From Peribolospora baueri (taxonomy: Eukaryota), in NCBI GenBank assembly GCA_029717555.1, contig JAMDHS010000115.1, positions 1 through 57,450 of the forward strand: a stretch of 57,450 nucleotides of DNA. Direction: 5' to 3'. The position numbers and the translations under genes were made by a program. The notes beneath the pieces were generated by a model, which did no database searches, was not told where the DNA came from, and was given only the letters and a program-made list of their open reading frames with translations. Positions 12,040-22,679 of this stretch are shown in pieces; the first letter of the stretch is position 1, and each line of letters starts with the position of its first letter.

Positions 12040-14333
12040 ATGCAGCCCGTTTTCCAGGCGACCTTCGTCGCCGTCATCGTCTCCCTTCTCTTCCTCCCTT
12101 CCATCTCGTCCACCCACCTGGCGTCTGCGTCGGACATCGAGGAGCGTACCGCATTCCCGATTCATGCCCATCACTTCATCAAAGAGCACTCCGTCCCACC
12201 CGCCCTCGGCACCCGCTCTCATAACAGGCGTCGCCGCTTTGGCCGCGCTCGCGGCTTGAATGACTTTCAGCCGCGCATGGCTGGGCACGGAGGAAACCGA
12301 GGAGGGAACAACGATAACGGCAATAACAACGACAATGGCAATGGCAATGGCAATGGCAATGGCAATGGCAATGGCAATGGCAATGGCAATGGCAATGGCA
12401 ATGGCAATGGCAATGGCAATGGCGATGGCAATGGCAACAACAACGGCAACAACAACGACCAGGGCAACAACGGCCAAACGAATATAGGTGAGCGGATCTC
12501 AAGGGCATGACGCACAAAGCTTTCAATCAGGCTTCATTCACCCTGTCATCGCCACGTTTCCCTTTCCACCGTGACGGACGCGATGCTTCTCAAGGCACTG
12601 CGTCAAGCTCGTCCGCTTGCTCCGCAGCGACGACGAGTACAACGTCGTCGAGCAACAACAATGGAAAGAAGAACGGCAACAGCGGGCAAAAATCGGGCGG
12701 CCTGCAGTCAAGTCTAAGTGAATGTCGATCGGGCGCGGAAGGGAGTTGAGCGTCGGAGACCCGCACTGACAGTAGTGTTTTGCATGCTCAACTTGCCGAC
12801 AGCGCTGGATCCGTCAATCATCGGGTCGAATCTTGCCCAGGACGGCACGATGCAGGCCAACGCCGAACCGAACCAGACGCCTTCGCTGACGTCCAAAAAC
12901 AAGTGGGTTGGCGCGCCTCCTGTGGACAGAACGGGAGAGCGAGCGTTCGTTGATCATGCGGATCGCTCCGCTCTCGTCTTTGCGGTCTCCCCTACAGCTT
13001 CATAAACTTCTGCGCGGGGCATACTATCACCAACGGTCAGCAAGTCGTCGGCGGGAGCTGTAATCCGGGTGAGGGACGTTCATGTAGAGACGAAGGCTCA
13101 CAGTCGCGACCAGGCACTGTATGTGACTCATGAGCTCTCCTTTCCCCTGTCATACAGTTCCGATGGGCCAGATTATCGGGCAGAGCAAGATGGTGTCGAG
13201 CAAGTTCATCAACCCGAAGAACCTCGACACCATCGCCGCTAACACCAACTTTACCGTGCAGATGAAAATCAACAACATGAACACGGGCGCCTTTGTCAAC
13301 GCGCAGTCCAACTACTGTGAGCTAGCTCGCGCGCTCGCTCGCTCGCTTCGCCGACCGTCTTACGTTGCCGTCCGTCGCCAGAGTTGATCGTCGAATGACT
13401 ACTGACGGTGCTCTGTGACCTTGTCTTTCACTGCGCCCGGTTTTCTCAGTCTCTGCACCTCAGCAAGTCGACTCGAGCGGCATCGTCACAGGCCACTCCC
13501 ACGTCGTCATCGAGGCCATCAATTCCCTGACCTCCACTACGGTGACCAACCCGACAAAGTTTGCCTTTTTCAAAGGCTTCAACGACGCTGCCCAAAATGG
13601 CATTCTCTCCGCCACTGTTCCCGGCGGCCTTCCCGCCGGCACGTATAAGATGTCGTCCATCAACACGGCGGCGAACCATCAACCCGTGCTCGTCGCCGTC
13701 GCCCAGCACGGCAGCCTCGACGATGCCGTCTACTTCACCGTGAAGGGCGGCGGGAAGAATAACGGGGGCGGGAGCGGCGGCGCTACCGGCGGCGGCAATA
13801 ATAATGGCAGAGGCGGATCGACCACCGGCAGTGCCGGTGGCGGCAAGTCGAAGGGCGGCATGAGCGGCACTGGCACCAGCACCGGCACTTCATCATCATC
13901 GTCGTCGTCGTCGAAGGGCCAAGGAAGCGGTAAAGGCAACGGTAACACGGACGGGTCGTCCTCCCCGTCTGCATCGGCCACCAGCTCCGTATCTGGATCT
14001 GGGTCGTCGAACGGCCGGGGAAGCGGTAAAGGCAACGGTAACAGCGACGGGTCGTACTCCCCGTCTGCATCGGCCGCCAGCTCTGCATCTGGGTCTGGGT
14101 CTGGCTCGGGATCGAGATCGGGGTCGAAAGCTGGGGCGAAAGGTGAAGCTTCGGCAGCTTCGCCCTCCGCCAGCGCCGCCAACTCCAACTCCAACTCCAA
14201 CTCCAACTCCAACTCCTATTCCGGCAATGCGGCGAACGGCGGCGAGCCGCAACAAGGCTCTCCGTCCATTGGCTCTGGGACTGGGAGGGGCCGGGTCAGG
14301 GCCAGAGCTGGTTTGGGGGGAGGGTGTGAATGA
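12040..14333 (+). CDS. Secreted protein: Gly/Asn-repeat N-terminus, conserved fungal extracellular domain, Gly/Ser-rich tail (6 exons inferred)
   Basis: Signal peptide MQPVFQATFVAVIVSLLFLPSISS. Spliced core: SLTSKNNFINFC...ITNGQQVVGGSCNPVPMGQI...SSKFINPKN...GHSHVVIE...FAFFKGFND...INTAANHQPVLVAVAQHGSLDD. This resembles a widespread fungal secreted family often mis-annotated as 'ribosomal protein S17' (from memory, not searched). Confidence 0.8.
12337..12432 (+). repeat. (GGCAAT)n coding microsatellite encoding poly-(Gly-Asn)
   Basis: 14 perfect copies at 12337-12420, then GGCGAT GGCAAT. Confidence 0.95.
13923..14099 (+). repeat. 96-nt-period tandem duplication in the coding tail (GSGKGNGNxDGSxSPSASAxSS)
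   Basis: ggaagcggtaaaggcaacggtaac begins at both 13923 and 14019; (AACTCC)6 follows at 14181-14216. Confidence 0.9.
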
Positions 14334-14539
14334 GACGGAGGAGGCAGGGAGCCTGTCGTGCTGTGCTGACCACAGGTTCAGTGAAGCTACATGTAAGATG
14401 ATGATGATCTTAACACAAGTCCGATCAATGCAAATGCACGCCAAACGTGGCAGTTCCGCGTGTTCGCTCGTCACAATGAGGCAACTGTATTACTGTAGCG
14501 AGATAAGAGGTGTGGAGTGATGTCTGCCTATATGCACCA

Positions 14540-16365
14540 TGTTATGGGTGTGGTAATGTTTGGACTTAACGGTGGATGGACGAAGGTCGACGATGTCGTT
14601 CGTTGTTATTCAGATAGCATACAAAGATGAGAACCGCAGGGGAAGAGGAAAAAGGGACAGAAACTGCAGTAACAGTACAGTTGCCTACATAGACTACTCG
14701 ACCAACCCTAGCGTCCTCCTAAGCCGCTCAAGCATCTCGCAAGGCAAAGGCTTGGTGAAGATGTTCGCCAGCTGCTCCGCTGACGTGATGAACGCAATTT
14801 GCAAGACTCCCTCTTGCACTTTCTCGCGCAGGAAGTGGTGGGCAACGTCAATGTGCTTTGTCCGATTGTGGAACCTTTGTCCCACGGTGAGTGCGATCGC
14901 TCCTTGGTTATCGCAACTACTTGACGCTTTGGACTATGTCCTAGCACAAGCCGCTTGAGCCAGATCGCCTCCCTAGCCGCGAGGGCGGCAGAGATGTACT
15001 CCGCCTCCACAGTGGAAGAAGTTTTCGTCCGCACCGTTGCCGATCGAGAAGGAGATTGGGGCGCTACACAGGAACGAGATCTGGGAACTCGCCGACCTGC
15101 CTCCTGGTCGCAAGGCCACCAAGAGCAAATGGGTCTTCAGGATCAAAAGGCATCCTGACGGCAGCGTGGAACGCTTCAAGGCCCGCCTCGTAGCAAAAGG
15201 ATTTTCTCAGGTGCCGGGCATCGATTACGACGAGACGTTTGCTACGAGGCGGGCCTTGAAGCGTTCCACGCTGCCGTCAGGATGCCTTTTGATCCTGAAG
15301 ACCCATTTGCTCTTGGTGGCCTTGCGACCAGGAGGCAGGTCGGCGAGTTCCCAGATCTCGTTCCTGTGTAGCGCCCCAATCTCCTTCTCGATCGCTTCCT
15401 CCCACATCGGCCTGTCTGCACTTCGCATCCCTTCCTCGTACGAGGGATCGTCGGGGCTGACACGCGACACGAGGGCCATGCTGACATCGAAGCCGTCGTT
15501 GTCGTCGTCCGCCAGCCGTGCATAGTGGTAGTCAGGCCGTTCCGTGCTTCGCATGACTCGTCCAGACCTAGTCATCGCTTGTACAGAAGGCGTTGCGGAA
15601 AGCGGGACAGAAGCCACTGCCTCCTCCGTCTCCCCCGACGGCTCAGGCACGTTCTGCGCTACCGTCTCCTCCGCGTCTCGCATTCGACCTTCTTGCCCTG
15701 CTACAGTCTCCTCCGCGTTTTCACCTACCGGAGGGCCAGAAGCGCCCGTGTCACCCTCGCGCGTAGAAGCGGAGACTAGTCCGGGGCGTCCCGCGTGCGC
15801 AGGAGGTAAGAGATCATGACCCACACCAGATTCAGGTGCACCTAGCGCAGCAGGCGGCGCTGGAGTGACGTTGGCATTTCTCTCCTGCGCTCCCACCCTT
15901 CCGAAATCCCCTTGGGGTGTTCCTGTAGCGGACGGAGAAGCGGACGTCAAGAGCTGTACGCCCGGGGCGCTCCAACCAAACCGGTGTCGGCGTTAGCAGG
16001 AGGGAGTGCGACGGAGGTGAGCGTCTGAAGCGGCCTGGCATTATACAACTCCGGGCGTGCACTTTGAAACTCGTCGAACGTCACGTCCCGCGAGAAGAGT
16101 GTCTTGCCGTTGTCAAGACGCAGCAGCTTGTACTTGCTGCCGCCGGAATCGTGACCGAGGAGCATGCATTCGACTGCACGCTCGTCCAGCTTCGACCTCT
16201 TTTCTCCAGGAATCAGCGCCCAAGCAACGCAGCCAAAAATGCGCATGTGCTTGAGGCTGGGCAGCTTGCCGTGCCAGCGCTCGTACGGAGTGTGTCCCTT
16301 GCTAGGCTTGCCGGGCGTCCTGTTGCGGATGAAGACGGCAACTTGAAAAGCGCCCGCCCAGAATT
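14540..16365 (-). mobile_element. Degenerate, 5'-truncated Ty1/copia LTR retrotransposon (integrase C-terminus, linker, RT start, RNase H, probable 3' LTR remnant)
   Basis: Integrase tail FWAGAFQVAVFIRNRTP...TPYERWHGKLPSLKHMRIFGCVAW...RSKLDERA...SRDVTFDE. RT start WEEAIEKEIGALHRNEIWEL...KWVFRIK...RFKARLVAKG. RNase H SSTVEAEY...AIWLKRL and CDNQGAIAL...RTKHIDVAHHFLRE...QLANIFTKPL. Frameshifts near 15950 and about 14930. The minus strand ends ...CATAACA at 14540, like an LTR terminus. Confidence 0.93.
15041..15394. repeat. Perfect 157-bp inverted repeat (15041-15197 / 15238-15394) with a 40-nt spacer, inside the copia RT region
   Basis: Arms compared base by base and found identical in reverse complement; both encode IEKEIGALHRN...KARLVA. 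Confidence 0.97.
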
Positions 16366-16409
16366 CCTTTCCTTAGCGTTCATGGGTAGAGAACCCATCA
16401 TTAGGGAGG

Positions 16410-16891
16410 TGTGACCTGGTGTTTAGGCTGACGTTGCGTTGTTGAGGAACTCTCCGCCACCCATCGGTTCGGGTTTTGAGCGTGCGGCCGGTTTGCACCT
16501 CCCACATCGCAACGCACCCTCTGAGCTGTTCATCGGCCGGTCTTGTCGTCTGTTGACAGGTTGGCTTAGGTAAAGGGCGTCTCCTTCTACCTTTTTTTGT
16601 CGCTGCTGAGGCTGATACTGAATATGGACCTCAAGTTTCGAAAGTTGAGTGCTCACGTGCCGGCCCAGACGCTTACGTGAGGAATATCTTATCGCAACAC
16701 AGAATACGCTGCCAGAACGCTGCTTATATACTTCTGCAGCGCTCCAGCCCCCGAATGTGGAAGAGACAGGAAAAGGGGAGAGAAGAGAGGGCGCAAGGAT
16801 GCGAGACATAACGGAGTAGGGGTGGAGCGAGCCTCTAGGGTAGAGACCGGACGCAAGGGGGGATGACCGGACCAGTAGACTAGATCCCACA
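16410..16891 (-). mobile_element. Possible LTR-like remnant abutting the truncated copia
   Basis: The minus strand starts TGTGGG at 16891, contains GTATATAAG near 16725, and has CA-ending candidates at 16551 (TCAACA) and 16410 (GTCACA). No TSD or PBS found. Confidence 0.25.
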
Positions 16892-17018
16892 AACGCGCAT
16901 GGTCGCATGGTCGAATTCATTTTTTTTTCTTTTTCTATTTCTTATGATGACGACGTCTACAAGGGGAAGCGCAAAGTGCTCCCTTCCTCCCAGCCGTGTC
17001 CTGCTTTCGCCTACCCCT

Positions 17019-19567
17019 TCACTGGCATTCGAGATCGATCACGACGACCGTTTTGCCGTTGTTCTTGCCTCTGCGGGACGAGCAGGACGGTTCGCACGAG
17101 GCAGAAGGCAGGAAAAGGGAGAGTGGTAGGGAAGGCAAGGGTGCGAACGTCAGCAATGCACACCCGCTCGGTCCAGAAGTAGAGAAGGGAGAAGCTGTAA
17201 CCGGGCAAGTAAGGTGAAGGAAGACGCACGTCTGAAGTCTGACGAAGGCGTCCTCGGTGCCCTCGATGCCGCGGGTGACGTCTTCAAGGTAGGGCAGCTC
17301 GCCGCGCGCCAGGGCGGGCGGGATCTCATCGTAGAAGCGGCTGGTTGGGAAGGGCGTTGCGATGGGTGCGAGGAATACGAGCACGGGGAAGCGAGGCGTA
17401 AGGAGGAGCAGAACCAAAGCGTGTCAGACGTGATGCGACGTCCGCGAACGAAACCGCGCGCAATGGCCGTCCGTCCATTGACGAGACCGAAAGGAAATCA
17501 CCGCCACACTCACCTTGCGTATTTGGCGATGATGGAGCCCACCAAGCTGCATTCACAGCGGAGCGAACACGGAAATGACCCGCCGAACGGCAGTGTCATA
17601 TCAGTGAGCAGGGGCGCGAGAACGGAAAGCGATCACGCAGGATAGAAGATGGGAGCTCACAATCCTTGCATCCGGAGGTCCTTGCCCCAGATCCAGGCTA
17701 TATTGCGCGGACCCTTCTGCTTTTCCCGCGGAAGATTATAGTTGGAGATGGATCCGCAGGCAACGATCTGCGTGGGGAGGGACGAGAATAGGAATGGGGG
17801 AAGAGCAAGTTCAACCGCGTCAGTGTCGATGAACATTTGCTGGCCATGCGGCTCATGTGTTTATAAGTCCCCTTGTACGCCTTCTGGCAAAGCCGTTGGG
17901 GAGGCTCCACTCACCACACCAAATTTCTTGGCGTTGTCGAGATACGCCTCGAGCGGATCGCCGGCGACCTGATGGATGAATAGGAACGGGACGGGACGGG
18001 CACAGAGAAGACGGGCGGCAGTGAGGATCGGCTGAAAAGATCCACGGGTAACACGCGAGAAAAAGATCGAGGACTGACGTTGTCCCAATAGTAGTCGATC
18101 TGATGCAATAGGACGGAGAGCGACGGAGCAAAGGCCGACGACCAAGTCAGCCCGCGCGCGTCGCCCACGAGCTGGAAACGCAACGATCGTACACGCAATT
18201 CGCTGCCTGTGAACAAGACGAAGCGATCAACGGGGACTTACGCCCTCCTTCCCGCCGAACTCCTCGAGCTCCTTCCACATGTCCGCCGTCTTGTAGTTGA
18301 ACACCCTATCCGCGTGGAGCTTCTCCTTGACGTACTTGAGCTTCTCATCTGAGCCGGCCGTGGCAATGACCTGCATGCCTGCAGATCGAGCGACACGGAG
18401 AAAGAGAAGAGATAGGAGAGGCTGAGCGAGCGGCGATCAAAAGGAGGGAGCGCTGGAAGGACGGACGCGATCGATATGTGCTCGAGGAGTGGCTCCATTT
18501 CTCCCCCGACACTCACCGGCACGCTTGCACAACGAAATAACCATCTGCCCCACCGGACCGGCGGCCGCTGTGACAAAGATCTTGCGGCCCTGCATCGTCA
18601 TCAGAAATGATAAGGGGGAAAACGGATAAGCGGCGCGTCGGCGCAGGGCGCTGTGGGAAGAATGCCCCGACAATTGGTTCGATCCAAACTCACGGGCTCG
18701 AGGTCGCCAATGATGTGCCAGAGACCCATGGCGGCTGTCTGGCCTACATGTCGAGGGAGATCCCGGCGGGTGGAGCGAAAGGCAAGAACGGTAGTCGCGA
18801 GTTAGTGAGAATAAAAAGCTGAGCAGGAGCAGAAGGGCGCGCGTCTTCGCGATTCCATTGGTCCATAAGTGACCAGATCGCTCACCGGGCATACCCCCCG
18901 CTCCCACCCAAAAAGAGAGCGGCAAACCGAGCGTGTCCTTCAAAGGGGCGAGCTGGCCCGTCGTCTGCAAGTGCCTGACGTCGTCAGTAGCGGCATCGAC
19001 AACCTCCTTGGGCAGGATCGAGTACGTCTCGATGCCGGTGCCGCCGTAGAGGAGCGTGCCGGGGGTGTTAAAGGGAGCACGGGAGTGCTCGGAGCGGAGG
19101 ATGGTCATGACGCCAAAGTTGTACAAAGGTTGGTTGATCTTGTAGGCGGGGGTGTAGCCCGGGGTGTCAGGGTGGCGCATTCTGCTTCGCATGTAGGGAT
19201 CCAGACTAGGGGTGTTGACAGAAAGGGGGACGGATCGGCGTGAGGAAAGGAACGGGAAACACACGAAGATTGAAGAAGAGCGGGCTCACGAGATGACATG
19301 GTTCTTGACGAGCACGCCGCCGTTAAGAGGCACGGTGTCGGGATCGAAGGGCTCCTCGACGAGCTTGGTGTGCTTGCCCGGCACGGGGGTCCTGTTGGCG
19401 CAAAGGAGATTGGAGGAAGCAAGGGAAGAAGGCGATGAGCAGGTCGCAGGTGGCCCGTGCCCTGCTTCTGTCGGCGAAGTAGAACCGGTTGTGGTCGGCC
19501 GGTGACCAGCAGCTCACTCTGTGGGCACGTCGATGAAGAGGACGCGCTTGTTCGTCGTTGGGGCCAT
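17019..19567 (-). CDS. NADP-dependent oxidoreductase, MDR superfamily (prostaglandin reductase / 2-alkenal reductase-like), multi-exon
   Basis: MAPTTNKRVLFIDVPT, GGVLVKNHVISLDPYMRSRMR, GAGGMPGQTA, IFVTAAAGPVGQMV, VIATAGSDEK, VFNYK, IDYYWDNVAG, ACGSISNYN, and GKNNGKTVVVI before the stop at 17019. Confidence 0.9.
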
Positions 19568-20333
19568 GTCTGTTTGTCGTTCGTGGGTGCGTTGGAAGGA
19601 GAAGAGAGGGACGAACCAGGTAGGAGATGGAAGACGGAGGGAGAGAGTGATGTCGAAGGCGATGCTAGTGAGGGGTCCAGGTGCAGTTAGAAGAGTGCGC
19701 ACGACGATGGACGGTCACCGATCCATCCATTCCTCCCATTTCACGTACCACAACTCATCCGGGCTTGCCCATTCTCACGCCATCTTTTCTCGCCCGCCCG
19801 CTCGAGTCTGCAGCTGATCTACGACGGCTGTAAAAGTTAGGTGGGGCTCCCACATACTCCCTCCGTATCAGCGCCGAGAACCGAGAGGACGCGCATTGCT
19901 GAGACGCGTTGACACAAATTCAATGGAAGTGGGCGGAATAGGAACGGCGGGAGAGTCAAGCAGCACACGAGCTCAAAGTCAGAGTGCTATCCCATCCCAT
20001 CGCATTCCCCCCTTCTCATCTGTGGATGATGTGTTCCACATCTGCCTCCTCGAGCTCGACCGCTTTTCCGACCGTCGTCTCGAATCTCGTCACGTGATGC
20101 TCCATTTCTCTCCCTCTTCGTCGTCGTCTTCGGCCGATATGCCCGAGAGATCGCCGCAGCACCTGAGCTCGATCACTTCATCCCCCTCATCCTCTCAGCT
20201 GGCGCCCGTCCTTAACTCGTTTCTTGACCTGCCTTCACCTGGCCAGCCAGCCTATCTCCACAGCGCGTAGCCAGACAGACAGACATTCAGACAGCCCTTC
20301 CGTCAGTTATTCAGCTAGTCAGCCCGACCTGGA

Positions 20334-21504
20334 ATGTCTGCATCCACGCCCAACGCCCCGTTGCCCGCCGGAAGCGGGCAAACTAACCCCAGCGCCGCAG
20401 GAAATCCACCACCAGCTGGCCCATCCACAAGCACAGGCGGTGAAGGAGGAGGTCCACGGCGCCGACCGTTCCAGACGGACGTGAACCGTCCTACGGCACT
20501 GCCCACGGCCACCTTCCGCAATATCTTTGTTCCCGGCTTTTCCCCTCCGCCTGGAAGTAAGCTTCGACGCCCAGACGGCGTGGCAGCCGCCCCTGGCGTC
20601 GTCGGAGGCACGGGTGGCGTCGGTGGGACCGCAGGGGCCAGCGGAAGAGAGGCCGTGGAAGGGGAGGAGGAGGAGGAGGAGTGGAGCGAGGAACAGCTGT
20701 TGAAAATGGAAGAGGAGATGAACCAGTACGTGGACAGGGAGGTGGGAGCGCTGGTGGACGGTATGAAAGACTTGATTCGAATTTCCCAGGTGAGTGTAAG
20801 GACTGAGAGGAGGGCGTGGAATGGGCGGGATGCGTGGGACTCGCCATCTGGAAGGAGGGCCTTTCCATGCTTGCTCGATGGAATGGACGTCCGACCATGA
20901 TAGCTCTGCCTTGTTCCTTCTCTCACCAATCGACTAGATCAAGGACAAGGACAAGGTTCGCGTCGCGCAAGAGGCCTTCCAAGCCGAGGTACGCGCGGAG
21001 AACATGGTGCGCCCGCCGTCCTCTTTTGTCTTTCTCTACACTCCTTCTTCGAAGCGACCCTACCGAGCTGACATCCCAATTCCCTCAACACCCCACTTAA
21101 AAAAATCCCCATTCATAAATATAAACCTATAAAATAAAAAACAGGTCCGCGCCGTCCAATCGCTCACCTCCCTATCCCAATCCCTCAAGCTTACCCTCCT
21201 GCTTCATTCCCTCCCTTCCACGCGCTCTCCCAAGCAAGAATCGGCGGTCCTAGCCGAGGAGATGCGGGCCAGGAAGGAGGAGATGCTCAGGGGTTTGGAA
21301 GGTGTTTTGGATAGCATGAGAGACATGGCGGAGGTGCCCGCTCATGTACCCCAGTCCGATCAGCTGGTCGAGAAGGGAGAGGGAGAAGAAGGCGGAGGCG
21401 AAAGGGACGAGCGTCGAGCAAGGGAAGGAGACGCGGTCGGGAGAAAAGGCGGAAGCGAGCGAGAGCATTGTGGAGGAGAAGAAGAAAGAGGCCATAGTCG
21501 TTGA
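20334..21504 (+). CDS. MED22: Mediator complex subunit Med22 (Surf5/Srb6 family), 3 exons
   Basis: Spliced (introns 20790-20937, 21007-21144): YVDREVGALVDGMKDLIRISQ|IKDKDKVRVAQEAFQAEVRAENM|VRAVQSLTSLSQSLKLTLLL, matching the Med22 helical core. Confidence 0.75.
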
Positions 21505-22679
21505 AGACTAGAAGGAGGAGGGCCCAGTTGAGAAGAGGCTGGGGCACAGCCGCCGTATCTGTGTTCAGGGCAGAACGCTCAACGCTCTCGCCGGATGGAC
21601 ACGACTTGAAGCCTCCTTCGCCCTCCCTATCGACACTCGCCATCCCGGTAAGTGCCGGACCAACGTCAGTACAACATCCGTATTCGCACTACCAGCAGCG
21701 CAAGCGGACGGAGCGAAGAAGAATGACGACCGGCCGACCAACCGTGGTTCAGGGCCTCTCGTTCTCCTTCTCCTGTCACATCACACGTCCTTGTTCTCGC
21801 CCATGCGCAAGTCCAAGTGCTCCACCGCGCAGCGAGGGTTCCCTACGCTCGACGCCGCGAGCTCCACGCGCACGACGGCAGTTTGTACGGACAGGATGGA
21901 GCGCGCGCTTGCCGATACTGTACTTTCCTCTCTTCGGGGCTTTGAGGAGATGTCAGTGGAAGCTCTTTTGACCGTACCGTACCGGTCGGTCGCCCCGTCG
22001 GTCGTCGATCTCTCTCCCTCCCGAAGAGGAAACGGGTGACCCTACCTTGTACCGCCCGGTCCGCGTCGCATGTATTTATCACACTTTGAGAACGCGCCAA
22101 CTCCGTTAAAGACGGATAGCGGCCGCGTAGTGCTCCGACAAGAAGTGAAGAAAAGTACGTAAGGTCGCCCCGTGCGCTATATGCGAGGTAGGGCATGCAT
22201 CCACAGACACGCTTTGGCACCATGGATGCGCACGCAGCGATGACGCTCGGACAAAACCGACGGGCCAACGTCTCACACTACCCATCGTCCGTGCTTCGCA
22301 CTGCTGCTTCAAGATGGGCCGTCGGACAAAAGGGTACATTCATCTGCATGGCTGCGAGTTTTAGTGCAGAGTGCCAGAGTCGGGCGAGACGGGGTGAGAT
22401 GGGACGCGGGAGGGAGATGGAGGGGATACTAGTACAAACATCGAGCTGCCTTGGAAAAAATGCTTTTTGGTTCTTGGAGATGAACGATGCGAACGAACGC
22501 AGATGGGGTAAACGAGATGCTCGAACCTCGGAAGTTCATATGTGCCGGATTAGAAACGGGGACGCGACCGTGGCCCTAGGCGCGCTGAACTGTGCTGAAA
22601 CGACGACCTCGATCTCCGCCTACTTGCCTTGCGCGCGCGCTCTCTTACCCCGATCCTAAACACACCCCACCCGACCCCT

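Noticed and set aside
11983..12526. ORFs with poly-(AI), poly-(CH), poly-(MA) or poly-(LP)
   Set aside because: These are alternative frames of the GGCAAT microsatellite; only the GN frame follows a signal peptide.
15037..15525. Plus-strand 162-aa RT-like ORF as an independent gene
   Set aside because: It is the inverted arm of the hairpin reading into antisense sequence, with no ATG start or RT catalytic core.
21510..22670. Short ORFs between MED22 and the coiled-coil orphan
   Set aside because: No motifs or consistent splice structure; probably convergent 3' UTRs.
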